Part shown: in pieces, positions 1 through 10,690 of the stretch
Layout: each line of letters starts with the position of its first letter
How positions within the stretch are numbered: the first letter of the stretch is position 1
Source: Tepidicaulis sp.
Lineage (GTDB): Bacteria > Pseudomonadota > Alphaproteobacteria > Parvibaculales > Parvibaculaceae
Length of the DNA stretch: 64,000 bases
Direction of reading: 5' to 3'
Assembly (NCBI RefSeq): GCF_965222285.1
Contig: NZ_OZ244942.1
Span: forward strand, 761,664 to 825,663
Position numbers and translations under genes: made by a program
Notes under the pieces: model-generated
What the model saw: the letters and a program-made list of their open reading frames with translations, nothing else
The model's database searches: none
What the model was told of the DNA's origin: nothing

Positions 1-1479
1 GCGGATGCGGCGGTCGCCGATGTGCTGGCCATGAATACGATCCAGAGCGCGGAGACGATCCGGCAGAATTATGAAACGAAAATCGCGCCCTTGAGCGGCG
101 CCATAGACGCCTTGAAAGCGCTGACCGTTTCGGATGAGGCACAGGCGAAGGCCGACGAACTGGCGGCGCTTGTTTCTGCTTGGCGGGCCAATGTACGCAT
201 TGTGCTGGGGCTCGATCAGAGCGGACAGGTGCCGACCTCGCATCTGATCGACCGGCAGCGCGGTGAGATTCATACTGCCATTGAAGAGTTCCGCCAGTTG
301 ATTGCCGCCGACGTGACGAGCGAAATGAGTGCGGCGGAAAGCGCCTTTACCCGCTCGATTCTGATCGCATTGGGTCTTGGCGGGCTCCTTTCGCTGGGCT
401 GCGGCGTCATGGCCTGGCGCACGGCGCATAATATTTCCTCGCCCCTTATCGCGCTTGGCCGGGACGCCGACGCGCTTTCCAAGGGTGATCTTAATGTAGC
501 GGTAGGCACGCTGGAGCGTGACGACGAGATCGGGCTTCTCGACGGGGCGATGGGCCGCTTCAAGGCGGCGCTTGTCGAGCAGCGCGGAATGCGGGAGGAA
601 GCCGACCGCGAGCGCGCGCAAAAAGAAAAACGTGCCAATCAAATGGACGCGCTTATCAAGGATTTCCATGGGCAGATTGCCGATGTCCTGAAATCGCTGT
701 CCGCCGCCGTTCATGAAATGGAGGCAACGGCGCAGGACATGTCCCATTCGGTGGGCGACGCGAAAGGGCGTTCGGAAGAGGTTGTCTCTGCAGCGCGCGC
801 GGCGGGCGACAATGTGCGGGAGATTTCGAGCTCCTCGGACGAGCTGCTCGCTTCCATCACCAATATCGGCAATCTGATGCGCGGCACCAACGAGACCGTG
901 CGCAAGGCCGATGCCCGCACCCGCGAAATGGAAGAGCAGGTCGAAGAGCTGACCCGCGCCGTGGACCGGATCTCCGAGGCGATGGGGCTTATCACCGAAA
1001 TCGCCAATCAGACGAACCTTCTGGCACTCAATGCCACGATCGAGGCGGCGCGGGCGGGCGAGCTCGGCAAGGGTTTTGCCGTTGTCGCCTCCGAGGTCAA
1101 AGCGCTTTCGACGCAGACGCAGAACGCCTCCGATGAAGTGCGCTCCGTGATCGACCAATTGCAGAAGGTGCTCGGTTCTTCTGTCACCAAGATTACCGAA
1201 AGCCGCGAAGCGATGCAGGAACTTGGTAAGGTCTCGACGGAGGTCGAAGCCGCCATCGAGCAGCAATCGACTTTCACGAGCCATATCACAAGCTCGGTGC
1301 ATGATGTGGCGCGCGGCACGGAGCAGGTTGTCGGTGATCTTACCCAGGTGAATGATAGCGCTTCGAAGGCGACGGAGCTTGCCGGGCGCACCCATGAAAG
1401 CACGCGCCAGCTCATGGTTCGCTCCGAGGAGATCGACCAGTTCGTGAAAGTCTTCCTGGATGAAATCCGCGCGGCTTAA
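1..1479 (+). CDS. Methyl-accepting chemotaxis protein, 5' end probably cut by the window edge
   Basis: The frame is open from base 1. There is a TM segment ([20 protein letters not shown]) followed by a HAMP-like region. The MCP signalling hairpin motif [38 protein letters not shown] is present. Confidence 0.85.
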   Translation, partial: ADAAVADVLAMNTIQSAETIRQNYETKIAPLSGAIDALKALTVSDEAQAKADELAALVSAWRANVRIVLGLDQSGQVPTSHLIDRQRGEIHTAIEEFRQLIAADVTSEMSAAESAFTRSILIALGLGGLLSLGCGVMAWRTAHNISSPLIALGRDADALSKGDLNVAVGTLERDDEIGLLDGAMGRFKAALVEQRGMREEADRERAQKEKRANQMDALIKDFHGQIADVLKSLSAAVHEMEATAQDMSHSVGDAKGRSEEVVSAARAAGDNVREISSSSDELLASITNIGNLMRGTNETVRKADARTREMEEQVEELTRAVDRISEAMGLITEIANQTNLLALNATIEAARAGELGKGFAVVASEVKALSTQTQNASDEVRSVIDQLQKVLGSSVTKITESREAMQELGKVSTEVEAAIEQQSTFTSHITSSVHDVARGTEQVVGDLTQVNDSASKATELAGRTHESTRQLMVRSEEIDQFVKVFLDEIRAA

Positions 1480-1482
1480 CGG

Positions 1483-2070
1483 CTAGTCGCCGCTGCCGAG
1501 ATCGAGCGGCGCACGCAGGAAGAAGAGCGACGTGTCGCCATAATCGCGCCGGTCGAGAAGCGTAAAGGCAGCGGGCGGGGTAAAATCCGCCCGCTTGGCT
1601 TCTTCCAGAACGACAAGCGCGCCGGGGGCGAGCCAGTCCCCTTCAAGGGCGCCGATAAGCGCTTTCTCGCCAAGCCCCTGACCGTAAGGCGGATCGGCGA
1701 AAACGATATGAAAGGCCGGGCCGACACTGCCGGGCCGGGGCCCGAGCTTTGTGGCATCGCGCCGGTAAATCTTCGAGCAGCCCATCAGGCCGAGCGTGTC
1801 CGCATTCTCGCGGATGAGGCCGCGCGAGGCGGGATGGTCGTCCACGAAAAGCGCAAAAGCCGCGCCGCGCGAGAGCGCCTCGAAACCGAGTGCGCCGGTG
1901 CCGGCGAAAAGATCGAGCACCCGCAATTCTTCGAAATCGGTTTCGATTGCCTCGGCATGGGCGAGGATGTTGAAAAGAGATTCGCGGGTGCGGTCCGTGG
2001 TCGGGCGGATACGCGTGTCTTTCGGCGCCGCCAGGGACCGGCCCTTAAGGGCGCCGCCGACGATGCGCAT
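1483..2070 (-). CDS. rsmD: 16S rRNA (guanine966-N2)-methyltransferase RsmD
   Basis: N-terminus [39 protein letters not shown] motif [20 protein letters not shown], and DPPY motif (FADPPYGQG). Confidence 0.85.
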   Translation of the reverse strand: MRIVGGALKGRSLAAPKDTRIRPTTDRTRESLFNILAHAEAIETDFEELRVLDLFAGTGALGFEALSRGAAFALFVDDHPASRGLIRENADTLGLMGCSKIYRRDATKLGPRPGSVGPAFHIVFADPPYGQGLGEKALIGALEGDWLAPGALVVLEEAKRADFTPPAAFTLLDRRDYGDTSLFFLRAPLDLGSGD

Positions 2071-3292
2071 CCGGGCGTCCTTTCTTATCGCTGCCGCCTT
2101 GCCCGGTTTTGGATCCGGCCGGGGCTCTGGCGGGGCGTTTGGCTTGCGGTTTGCCTTGAGATTTCGGGCGGGACGGGGACTTGCCGCGCGGGGTCTCTTC
2201 CAAAAGCGCGTCCATTACATGGGAGGGCTTGGAAGCGCGGCGCGGGCGTCCTTGCCCCGCCGGTTTGCCAGCCTCTTTGCCGGGGCTTTTCCCTGCAGCC
2301 GCCGGGTTCTTGCCCTTATAGCCGCTGCGGTAGGGCTTGCCTTTGGAAGGCGCGCGGGCGGGCGTGCCGGGACGGGAGGCGGCGCGCGTGGCGGCAGGCT
2401 CATCGTCCTGGATCATGGAGACATCCGCCCCTTCCGCGCCCATCTGCTCGCGCAGAACCTTGGCGGGGATTTGGCGCACTGTGCCTTCTTCCAGATCGCC
2501 GAGCTGGAAAGGCCCGTAGGAAAGGCGGATCAGCCGGTTCACGGTAAGCCCGAGGGCGCCGAGAACGTTTTTCACTTCCCGGTTCTTGCCCTCTTTCAGC
2601 TTCATGGTGATCCAGACGTTGGAACCTTTTTGCCTGTCGAGCACCGCTTCGATGGCGCCGTAGCGCACGCCTTCCACCTCGATGCCGTCTTTCAGCGCAT
2701 CGAGAGCAGCTTGATCGATCTTGCCGAAGGCGCGCACACGGTAGCGCCGTGTCCAGCCGGTCGAGGGCAGTTCCAGATGGCGGGCAAGCTCACCGTCATT
2801 CGTCAGGAGCAGAAGGCCCTCGGTGTTCACATCGAGCCGGCCGACAGAGATGACGCGCGGCAGCGTTTTGGGCAGCGCGTCGAAAACGGTGGGCCGTCCT
2901 TGCGGGTCCTTATGGGTTGTCACCAGGCCGCGGGGCTTGTGATAGCGCCAGACCTTGGTGGGCTCGGCGCCCGCAATGGGTTTGCCGTCCACCTCGATGT
3001 TATCGCGCGGGGTGACATTGATCGCGGGGCTTGTCAGCTTCTGCCCGTTCAAGGACACTCGCCCTGCCTCGATCAGCCGTTCCGCTTCCCGGCGCGAGGC
3101 AATGCCGGCGCGGGCCAGCACCTTGGCGATGCGCTCACTTTTCGGCGCGCCTTTTGCCGCGCCGGAGGCGGCGGCAGGCGCGCCTTTGGCCGAAGCCGCT
3201 TTGGGCGCGGCCTTGAACGCAGCTTTAGGCGCAGCTGGACGACTGGAGAATGTGCGGGGGCTGCCCCGGGAAAGGCGCTTCTTGTCTGTCAT
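2045..3292 (-). CDS. rluB: 23S rRNA pseudouridine synthase RluB-type (S4 domain plus RsuA/RluB catalytic core) with a long basic C-terminal tail
   Basis: S4 region [21 protein letters not shown] and catalytic motif [18 protein letters not shown] chose the internal ATG at 3292 (MTDKKRLS); the longer ORF to 3439 has a non-coding-like N-terminus. Confidence 0.8.
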   Translation of the reverse strand: MTDKKRLSRGSPRTFSSRPAAPKAAFKAAPKAASAKGAPAAASGAAKGAPKSERIAKVLARAGIASRREAERLIEAGRVSLNGQKLTSPAINVTPRDNIEVDGKPIAGAEPTKVWRYHKPRGLVTTHKDPQGRPTVFDALPKTLPRVISVGRLDVNTEGLLLLTNDGELARHLELPSTGWTRRYRVRAFGKIDQAALDALKDGIEVEGVRYGAIEAVLDRQKGSNVWITMKLKEGKNREVKNVLGALGLTVNRLIRLSYGPFQLGDLEEGTVRQIPAKVLREQMGAEGADVSMIQDDEPAATRAASRPGTPARAPSKGKPYRSGYKGKNPAAAGKSPGKEAGKPAGQGRPRRASKPSHVMDALLEETPRGKSPSRPKSQGKPQAKRPARAPAGSKTGQGGSDKKGRPDAHRRRRP

Positions 3293-3414
3293 GGGCTCTT
3301 CATAGCAGGAAGCTTGACGCCAGACGAGAGAGGACGGCAGGGTCTTTGAATGTTTCGTATCGTGAAAAAGAGGGCGGGCCAGTGAGTGTGGAAGCGAGCC
3401 CCCCCGTGAGCCCC

Positions 3415-3849
3415 ATGCAAAGGGCCCTGGAAGAGGCAAGAGCGGCGGCAGAGCGCGGTGAGGTTCCGGTCGGCGCGGTTATCCTTGGGCCGGAGGGCGA
3501 GGTTCTGGCGGCGGCAGGTAACCGCACGCTGGAAGAGAAAGACCCGACCGCTCATGCCGAAATTCTGGCCATCCGGGCGGCGGCCCGCGCGCTCGGCTCG
3601 GAGCGGCTGATCGGCTGCGATCTTTACGTGACGCTGGAGCCCTGCGCTATGTGCGCGGGCGCGATTTCCTTCGCCCGTATCCGCCGGCTCTATTACGGCG
3701 CCGAGGACCCCAAGGGCGGCGGCGTCGATCACGGGCCCCGGTTTTTCAACCAAGCGACCTGCCATCACCGCCCGGATGTTTACGGCGGGATCGGCGAGCG
3801 GGAGGCGGCGGAGCTCCTTAAGGCGTTTTTTGCGGATAAACGGGGCTGA
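3415..3849 (+). CDS. tadA: tRNA adenosine(34) deaminase TadA
   Basis: CDA zinc motifs HAEILAI and [11 protein letters not shown]. The start is ATG at 3415, with an alternative GTG at 3382. The upstream part of the 3250 ORF overlaps the rluB start region. Confidence 0.85.
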   Translation: MQRALEEARAAAERGEVPVGAVILGPEGEVLAAAGNRTLEEKDPTAHAEILAIRAAARALGSERLIGCDLYVTLEPCAMCAGAISFARIRRLYYGAEDPKGGGVDHGPRFFNQATCHHRPDVYGGIGEREAAELLKAFFADKRG

Positions 3850-3986
3850 AATCCGCCTTTTTTGCCCTTTTCCACAAGGATTGAATCCGCCTTTTGCGTG
3901 ATTTGGCCGGGCAGAAGGAGTATGGTCGGCCATCGACATTAGCAACAGGGCGGGTAACGCCCGCCATAACCAAAAGGGGAGACGGA

Positions 3987-5219
3987 ATGGAATTCGCTTA
4001 TTCCGATAAAACCAAAGAACTTCAGGACCGGCTGAACCGGTTCATGGACCAATATGTCTATCCGAACGAGAAGACATATAACGAGCAGATGGAAGCCTTC
4101 GGCCAGGACCGCTGGCAGGTGCCGCAGATCATCGAAGATCTGAAGGTCAAGGCGAAGGAAGAGGGCCTGTGGAACCTGTTCCTGCCCGAATCCGAGCGTG
4201 GCGGCGGGCTGACGAACCTTGAATACGCGCCGCTCTGCGAAATCATGGGCCGTGTCGGCTGGGCGTCCGAAGTTTTCAACTGCGCCGCGCCTGACACCGG
4301 CAACATGGAAGTGATCGAGCGCTACGGCAACGACCGCCACAAGAAAGAATGGCTGGAGCCGCTGCTGGAAGGCAAGATCCGCTCCGCCTTCTTGATGACG
4401 GAACCGGCTGTGGCTTCTTCCGACGCCACCAACATCGAAACCCGCATCGAGCGGGACGGCGATGAATACGTCATCAACGGCCGCAAATGGTGGTCCTCGG
4501 GCGTCGGCGATCCGCGCTGCAAAATCGCCATCGTGATGGGCAAGACCGACCCGAATGCCGAAAAGCATCGCCAGCAGTCGCAGATTCTGGTGCCGCTCGA
4601 CACGCCGGGCATCAAGATCGTTCGTATGCTGCCGGTCTTCGGCTATGACGATGCCCCGCACGGCCATGCCGAAGTGATCCTGGAAAATGTCCGCGTCCCC
4701 GCCGAGAACCTGCTTTTGGGTGAAGGCCGCGGCTTCGAGATCGCGCAAGGCCGCCTTGGACCAGGCCGTATTCACCACTGCATGCGCACCATCGGCGTTG
4801 CCGAGCGCGCGCTGGAAAAAATGTGCCAGCGCCTTCTCACCCGTACCGCGTTCGGCAAGAAGATCGCCGATCACTCGGTTTGGGAGCAACGCGTTGCCGA
4901 AGCCCGCATCGACATCGAAATGGCCCGCCTTCTGACGCTGAAAGCGGCCTATATGATGGACACGGTGGGCAATAAGGTGGCCCGTGCCGAGATCGCCATG
5001 ATCAAAGTGGCCGCGCCCCGCGTGGCGCTGAAAGTCATCGACGATGCGATCCAGGCCCATGGCGGCGGCGGTGTCACTTCTGACTTCGGCCTTGCAAAAA
5101 TGTATGCGGGCATGCGCACGCTGCGTCTGGCCGACGGTCCGGATGAAGTGCACAACCGGACGATCGCACAGCTTGAATTCAAGAAATTCCGTGAGCAGCT
5201 GAAAGCCGCTGCCGAGTGA
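3987..5219 (+). CDS. Acyl-CoA dehydrogenase, FadE2 / ACAD10-11 C-terminal-domain type
   Basis: N-terminus [28 protein letters not shown], plus [36 protein letters not shown] and [15 protein letters not shown] Shine-Dalgarno (SD) sequence precedes the ATG at 3987. Confidence 0.85.
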   Translation: MEFAYSDKTKELQDRLNRFMDQYVYPNEKTYNEQMEAFGQDRWQVPQIIEDLKVKAKEEGLWNLFLPESERGGGLTNLEYAPLCEIMGRVGWASEVFNCAAPDTGNMEVIERYGNDRHKKEWLEPLLEGKIRSAFLMTEPAVASSDATNIETRIERDGDEYVINGRKWWSSGVGDPRCKIAIVMGKTDPNAEKHRQQSQILVPLDTPGIKIVRMLPVFGYDDAPHGHAEVILENVRVPAENLLLGEGRGFEIAQGRLGPGRIHHCMRTIGVAERALEKMCQRLLTRTAFGKKIADHSVWEQRVAEARIDIEMARLLTLKAAYMMDTVGNKVARAEIAMIKVAAPRVALKVIDDAIQAHGGGGVTSDFGLAKMYAGMRTLRLADGPDEVHNRTIAQLEFKKFREQLKAAAE

Positions 5220-5244
5220 GTGCGGATTGCTATTGAATGACAGG

Positions 5245-5276
5245 ACGGCCGGGCCCACATAAGCCCGGCCGTTTTG
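5245..5276 (+). terminator. Rho-independent terminator after the acyl-CoA dehydrogenase
   Basis: 10-bp stem ACGGCCGGGC / GCCCGGCCGT with an 8-nt loop, followed by TTTT. Confidence 0.6.
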
Positions 5277-5360
5277 GCGTCAGGCTGTATTCGGGGATGA
5301 TACAGCGCTCTTGCAGAACTGGCCGGCAGAAGCAGCTGCCCCGCCGTTCAGGAGGACCGG

Positions 5361-6008
5361 ATGATCCTGAAGCTTTATAACGCCCAGCTTTCTCCCTATG
5401 CCGCGCGCTGCCGCATGCAGATTTACGCGAAGAATCTCGATGTGGAATTGCTGGAAATGCCGGGCACCATCTCGCCCGAAGAATTTGCCAAGCTGACGCC
5501 GATCCACAAGGTGCCGACGCTCGATGCGGGTGGAAAGATCATCCCGGAAAGCCAGATCATATGCGAATATCTGGAAGGCAAGTTTCCCGAACCCCCGCTT
5601 ATGCCGGCCGGTCTCGACGAGCGGGTGGAAGTGAGCCTCCTCTGCCGCCTTGCCGATCTTTATGTCATGACGCCGATGGGACATCTCTTCGGTCAGATCA
5701 ACCCGCAGGCGCGTGATGAATGCGTGTGCGATCAATTTTGCGGCGATCTGGAAGCCGGCCTTAGCTGGCTGAATGCTTATCTCGACGGCAGCGCCTATGC
5801 GGTGGGCGACACGCTGACGCTTGCCGATTGTGCGCTCGTGCCTGTGCTGTTTTTCGCTGAGCGCATCAGTCCGATGTTCGGTTATGAAGATATTCTGGCG
5901 CGCGGGCCGAACATCAAAGCCTATTACCAGGCGATGCAGAAAGACCCGATTGCCGCCCGTGTCATCGATGAGCTCGACAAAGCGCTCAATCAGATGCAGG
6001 GACGCTGA
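5361..6008 (+). CDS. Glutathione S-transferase family protein
   Basis: GST N-terminal thioredoxin-like fold signature (LKLYNAQLSPYAARCR ... KVPTL ... ESQIICEYL) and a C-terminal helical domain. An AGGAGG SD sequence lies upstream. Confidence 0.8.
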   Translation: MILKLYNAQLSPYAARCRMQIYAKNLDVELLEMPGTISPEEFAKLTPIHKVPTLDAGGKIIPESQIICEYLEGKFPEPPLMPAGLDERVEVSLLCRLADLYVMTPMGHLFGQINPQARDECVCDQFCGDLEAGLSWLNAYLDGSAYAVGDTLTLADCALVPVLFFAERISPMFGYEDILARGPNIKAYYQAMQKDPIAARVIDELDKALNQMQGR

Positions 6009-7935
6009 TCCCCAACTCGTCCAGAAGATCAAGCTGACCCGTCGGTGCCAAAGGCAGGGTCACGCGCACTTTCGTGCCTTCGCCTTCCTCGCTTTCGATG
6101 GAAAGTTTCCCGCCATGCAGGTCGGTCAGCGCTTTAACGAGCGCAAGGCCGAGGCCTGAGCCTTCATGACTGATATGGGATTCAGAAGCCACTTGCTCGA
6201 AGGGGCGTGTCAGGCGCGGTAATTGTTCCTGCGGAATGCCGATACCGCTATCGGCGACTTCAATGGCGATGAACGAGCCTTCGCGCACGATCTCGACGCC
6301 GACACTCCCGCCCTCCGGCGTGAATTTCACCGCGTTGGAGAGAAGATTGAGCAGGATCTGCTTCACCGCGCGCTCATCGCAGACAAGCGGTGTTTTCTCG
6401 ACGGAAGGATGAATGGCAAGCGACACATTCTGCCGTTTTTCTTCCGCCCGCGCGCCGATGATGCGCACCGAGGCTTCGGCAAGCTCGCTGATCGAGGTGG
6501 GCTGCATGTGAAGCTGCATCTTACCCGCTTCGATTTTCGACATATCGAGAATGTCGCTGATCAGTTCCAAAAGCAGCGAGCCGCTATCGTGAATGAGATC
6601 GATATATTCGCGGTATTTCTCGTTCTCGATGGGGCCGAAAAGCTGCTGACGGATAATATCCGAAAAGCCGATAATAGCGTTGAGCGGTGTGCGCAGCTCA
6701 TGGCTCATATTGGCAAGGAACTGGGATTTGGTGCGGCTCGCCGCTTCCGCCCGCTCGCGGGCGCGCAGAAGTTCGCTTTCATAACGCTTGCGTTCGCTCA
6801 CATCGCGGGAAATGGCAAGCACTTCTTCCAGCCGCCCGCTCCGCCTGTTGCGCAAGGGCTGTAGCGTCGTTTCCAGCCAAACATAATGCCCCGCCTTATG
6901 GGGCAGGCGGAAGGTCACGGTGACGCTCTTGTCGGACTTCGTCATTTCCTCGAGCCCGGCAAAGAAAGAAGCCTGATCGTCGGGATGCACATTGGCGAGA
7001 ATGTCGTGCTGGATGGCTTCTTCCGGCGTATAGCCGAGTGTGCGCTCGACGGAGGGAGAGATGAAATTGAGCGCACCGGACGGGGCGTGCCGGGCGATCA
7101 TGTCGATGGCGTGCTGGGCGATGAGCTGATTCTGCTGTTCGTTCCGCAGCAGCGCTTCTTCCTTGCCTACCATGTCCGTGGCATCGGTGATGACGCCGGC
7201 GGCGGCTATGACCTCGCCGGAAAGGTCGCTTTCATAATAGGTATGGATGTCGAAATAGCGGTAGGTGCCGTCCGCGCAAAGCATGCGCTGGCGCACGAAC
7301 CAGGCACGCTTGGCGTCTGCTGCTTCCTGATATTGCGCGAGCGAGCTTTCCCGGTCTTCCGGATGAATGAGATGGATGTTCCAGCGCCCATCCTCGAAAT
7401 AGGGCGGCTTTTCATAACCGAACATGCGCGCCAGGGTCGGCGTCCAGAAGGGGGCGGGATTGCCTTTCTCCCAGCGCCATAGTGCGATTTGCGCTTCCGA
7501 CTCGATATGTTCGATGTGATCGCGCAGCCGCACGAGCTCGTTGATATCGCGCGAAACGATCAAAAGGCCCTCGATATTGGGCTCGTGCATCAGGTTGCGT
7601 GCGCGCCCTTCCAGCCAGTGCCACTGGCCATTGGCATGGCGCAGGCGGAACCGTTCAATGAAAGTACTGTGCGGCGTGGCGAGGCATTCTGCGATCCGGG
7701 CGCTGATCTTTTCCTTGTCGTCCTTGTGAACGATGTCGGTAACGCGCAGGCCGACCCCTGCTGTTTGCGGATAGCCCAGAATTTCCGCGATGCCGGGGCT
7801 GTGATAGCGGATGACGCCGTCCTCATCGAGAATGGTGCACACGTCCCCGCTATTCGCCACGAGTGTCTCGTGGAAACCGGTCCGCGCCCGGCGCTCCTTT
7901 CCGCCCGGCGGTATGGGAAAATTCCTCCGCGACAC
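5986..7935 (-). CDS. Cytoplasmic multi-PAS sensor histidine kinase
   Basis: Several PAS-like repeats, an H-box FLANMSHELRTPLNAIIGF, an N-box LLNLLSNAVKFT, and G-boxes DSGIGI / GSGLGLALV. No TM segment is seen. Confidence 0.85.
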   Translation of the reverse strand: MSRRNFPIPPGGKERRARTGFHETLVANSGDVCTILDEDGVIRYHSPGIAEILGYPQTAGVGLRVTDIVHKDDKEKISARIAECLATPHSTFIERFRLRHANGQWHWLEGRARNLMHEPNIEGLLIVSRDINELVRLRDHIEHIESEAQIALWRWEKGNPAPFWTPTLARMFGYEKPPYFEDGRWNIHLIHPEDRESSLAQYQEAADAKRAWFVRQRMLCADGTYRYFDIHTYYESDLSGEVIAAAGVITDATDMVGKEEALLRNEQQNQLIAQHAIDMIARHAPSGALNFISPSVERTLGYTPEEAIQHDILANVHPDDQASFFAGLEEMTKSDKSVTVTFRLPHKAGHYVWLETTLQPLRNRRSGRLEEVLAISRDVSERKRYESELLRARERAEAASRTKSQFLANMSHELRTPLNAIIGFSDIIRQQLFGPIENEKYREYIDLIHDSGSLLLELISDILDMSKIEAGKMQLHMQPTSISELAEASVRIIGARAEEKRQNVSLAIHPSVEKTPLVCDERAVKQILLNLLSNAVKFTPEGGSVGVEIVREGSFIAIEVADSGIGIPQEQLPRLTRPFEQVASESHISHEGSGLGLALVKALTDLHGGKLSIESEEGEGTKVRVTLPLAPTGQLDLLDELGISVPASD

Positions 7936-8075
7936 GCGATTGCCCCTTTCCGCGCGATGCCCGAATAATTCCGGGTCTCATAGAAGCTTACGGAAAGAGC
8001 GGTAAAGGAACCTTGAAAACTTCGTGAGCAGTCTTAACCGCTCTTTAATGCTTATCTTTTGCGCTTGCGCGCCTT

Positions 8076-9149
8076 TTAACGTTTGGCCAAATCCCAGGCC
8101 GTGCGGGCAAGATAACCGGCCACTTCGCCATATTGGGTGGCTTTGTCCGAGCTCGCATTGCCATCGAGGCCGCGCTTGTAAACCCCCTGGACGATGGAGG
8201 CGAGGCGGAAAATCGAGAAGGAAAGGTAGAAGTTCCAGTTCTCGATACCGTCCCGGCCGGTGCGCCGGCAATAATCGGCGACATAGTCTTTCTCCGCCGG
8301 AATGCCGCTTGTGGCGAAATCCACATTCATCAGCGTTCCTTGAGAGAAGGTCTCCATGTGATAGAGCATGCAATTATAGGCCAGATCCGCCAGGGGGTGG
8401 CCGATGGTTGCCAATTCCCAGTCGAGAACGGCAATCATTTTGGGCTCGCTCTTGTGGAACATGGTGTTTTCCAGCCGGTAATCGCCATGGGCGATACTGA
8501 CACTGTCATCGGCGGGAATGTTTTCGGGCAGCCACTCGATGAGATGTTCCATCTCCTCGATATTATCGGTCTGGGCGGCGCGGTACTGTTTCGTCCAGCG
8601 CCCGATCTGCCGTTCGAAATAATTGCCGGGCTTGCCGAAATCCTCAAGGCCCGCTGCCTTCAGATCGACGCTATGAAGGCGCGCCAGCACATCGTTCATC
8701 TGGTCGTAAATGGCGGCCCGTTCCGCCGGGCTCATGCCGGGCAGGGTGGGGTCGCGCAGCACGCGCCCGTCGAGATGTTCCATGATGTAGAAGTCGGTGC
8801 CGATCACCTCTGCATCCTGGCAGAGCGCATACATTTTCGGCACCGGCACATCGGTGGCGGCGAGCGCTTTCATGACTTTATATTCCCGGTCCACCTGGTG
8901 TGCGCTGGCGAGCAGCTTGCCCGGCGGTTTTTTCCGCAGCACATATTTTACGCCGCCGCCGGGGCCGGTGGTCTCCAAAAGGAAGGTCGGGTTGGATTGA
9001 CCGCCCTGGAACTGGCGCACGCTCAGCTCGCCGCCAAAACCTTCCACATTCTCCCGGCAGAAGGCTTCCAGTTTCTTCTCATCGAAGCGATGCGCCTCGC
9101 GCACTTCGACAATCTCACCGGCGGCTGCCGTCTGGCTCTGCTCCGTCAT
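8076..9149 (-). CDS. Phosphotransferase (APH-fold kinase), ACAD10/11 N-terminal-like, paralog 1
   Basis: Motifs VRQFQGGQSNPTF, YVLRKKPPGKLL, REYKVM, HGDYRLENTMF and LDWELATIGHPLADL. The start is the ATG at 9149 (MTEQSQT). Confidence 0.8.
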   Translation of the reverse strand: MTEQSQTAAAGEIVEVREAHRFDEKKLEAFCRENVEGFGGELSVRQFQGGQSNPTFLLETTGPGGGVKYVLRKKPPGKLLASAHQVDREYKVMKALAATDVPVPKMYALCQDAEVIGTDFYIMEHLDGRVLRDPTLPGMSPAERAAIYDQMNDVLARLHSVDLKAAGLEDFGKPGNYFERQIGRWTKQYRAAQTDNIEEMEHLIEWLPENIPADDSVSIAHGDYRLENTMFHKSEPKMIAVLDWELATIGHPLADLAYNCMLYHMETFSQGTLMNVDFATSGIPAEKDYVADYCRRTGRDGIENWNFYLSFSIFRLASIVQGVYKRGLDGNASSDKATQYGEVAGYLARTAWDLAKR

Positions 9150-9334
9150 ATCCCATCTCCAAGGCTGCAATATTGTTAGGGGACAATTAGCACGCGCGAA
9201 GACGGGGCGAAAGCCGTTCGCCGGAACCGGCTTTGCGCTTTTGGGAGAATCAAGGGCGCCCTTGCGGCAGAAGGAGCCGGCCCGGTGCCGGTGAAGGGCT
9301 CGACAGCGCCTTTTTCTCATGCTCGACTAGGCAC

Positions 9335-10690
9335 ATGGAGAATATCGATCAGGAAACCATAAGCGAGTTCGCCGGGACGGCGGAGACTTGGCTCGAACGT
9401 CTTCTGGTTTGGGGACGGGAGGAATTTCTCAGTCTCGATATGGCCGCCGCGCTTGGCGCCATCGCCCTGGCCGCAGCTATCTTCTGGGCGGCCCGCAAAT
9501 GGGCGCTGCCGCCGCTGGAAGCCGCCGTCGGCAAGATCAGGGCAGGGTACTGGGTGCATCTGCGTTTGCAGCGTCTGGCCGAACTTGTGCCGGCGCTTGC
9601 CGCCTTGCTGGTGCTCGGCACAGTAAATGCCGGGCTTCAGCAGACCGGTTTCTCGCCGGATATTTCCCGCATCGCGGCCAAGCTCCTGACCGCTTGGATC
9701 ATCATCAAGATCGTTGTCCTGATTCTGAAAGACTCTGCCTGGACCCCGGTGCTTGCCGGGTTCGTCTGGGGCGTGACGGCGCTTGCCATCGTCGGCTGGC
9801 TCGACCCCTTGATGGGGGTGATGGATCAGGTGGGTTTTTCCATCGGTGAATTCCGCTTGTCGCTGCTCGGCATCGTGCAGGCCGCGCTGCTCTTCGCGGT
9901 GCTGATGTGGGTGGCCGCGCTTATTGCCAGAGTATTGGAAAACCGGCTGGGGCGGCTCGCCGGTATCACGCCCTCGGCGCGCGTGCTTGTCGGCAAGATT
10001 ATTCATATTCTCTTTCTCGTCTTTGCCGGGATGGTGGCGCTGACGAGTGTCGGCATCGATTTCACAGCTATTGCCGTCTTTTCCGGGGCGGTGGGCGTTG
10101 GCATCGGCTTCGGTTTGCAAAAAGTCGTCTCCAATCTCATTAGCGGGATCATTCTTCTGCTCGACCGCTCTATCAAGCCGGGCGATGTGATCGAGATCGG
10201 TGACGCCTATGGCTGGATCGAAAAGCTGGGCGCGCGCTATGTCGCCATCATCACCCGGGACGGCAAGGAATTTCTCATTCCCAATGAAGACCTGATCACG
10301 CAGCAGGTGATCAACTGGTCTTACACGGACAAGGTGGTGCGCTTTAAAATCGGAGTGGGTATTTCCTACCGCTCCGATGTACGCAAAGCCATGGACCTGA
10401 TGCTGGAGGCGGCGAACGGGATCGACCGTATTCTGAAGGACCCGCCGCCTGCCGTGCGCCTTGTGGGGTTCGGCGACAGCTCCGTCGATCTGGAGCTGCG
10501 CATCTGGCTGAAAGACCCGGAAAGCGGCACGGTCAATGCGATGAGTGATGCGCGGCTGCGCATCTGGGATCTCTTCCACGAAAACGGGATCGAATTCCCG
10601 TTCCCGCAGCGCGATCTGCATATCGTTTCGGCAGAGGGGCTCGAAACGATCATGCAGCGCGCCAGGCAAGGCGGTGCCGAAACGCCTTAA
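9335..10690 (+). CDS. Mechanosensitive ion channel (MscS family)
   Basis: Multiple N-terminal TM helices, then the MscS core GVGIGFGLQKVVSNLISGIILLLDRSIKPGDVIEI ... YVAIITRDGKEFLIPNEDLITQQVINWS. Confidence 0.85.
   Translation: MENIDQETISEFAGTAETWLERLLVWGREEFLSLDMAAALGAIALAAAIFWAARKWALPPLEAAVGKIRAGYWVHLRLQRLAELVPALAALLVLGTVNAGLQQTGFSPDISRIAAKLLTAWIIIKIVVLILKDSAWTPVLAGFVWGVTALAIVGWLDPLMGVMDQVGFSIGEFRLSLLGIVQAALLFAVLMWVAALIARVLENRLGRLAGITPSARVLVGKIIHILFLVFAGMVALTSVGIDFTAIAVFSGAVGVGIGFGLQKVVSNLISGIILLLDRSIKPGDVIEIGDAYGWIEKLGARYVAIITRDGKEFLIPNEDLITQQVINWSYTDKVVRFKIGVGISYRSDVRKAMDLMLEAANGIDRILKDPPPAVRLVGFGDSSVDLELRIWLKDPESGTVNAMSDARLRIWDLFHENGIEFPFPQRDLHIVSAEGLETIMQRARQGGAETP

Noticed and set aside
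1796-3349. A 517-aa plus-strand ORF, with the related 1708-2547 ORF.
   Set aside because: It is antisense to rsmD and rluB, both of which have clear catalytic motifs. Its composition is low-complexity Arg/Ala/Gly.
3289-3945. A 218-aa minus-strand ORF opposite tadA.
   Set aside because: It is antisense to a gene with clear deaminase zinc motifs, and its translation is Arg/Ala/Pro-rich.
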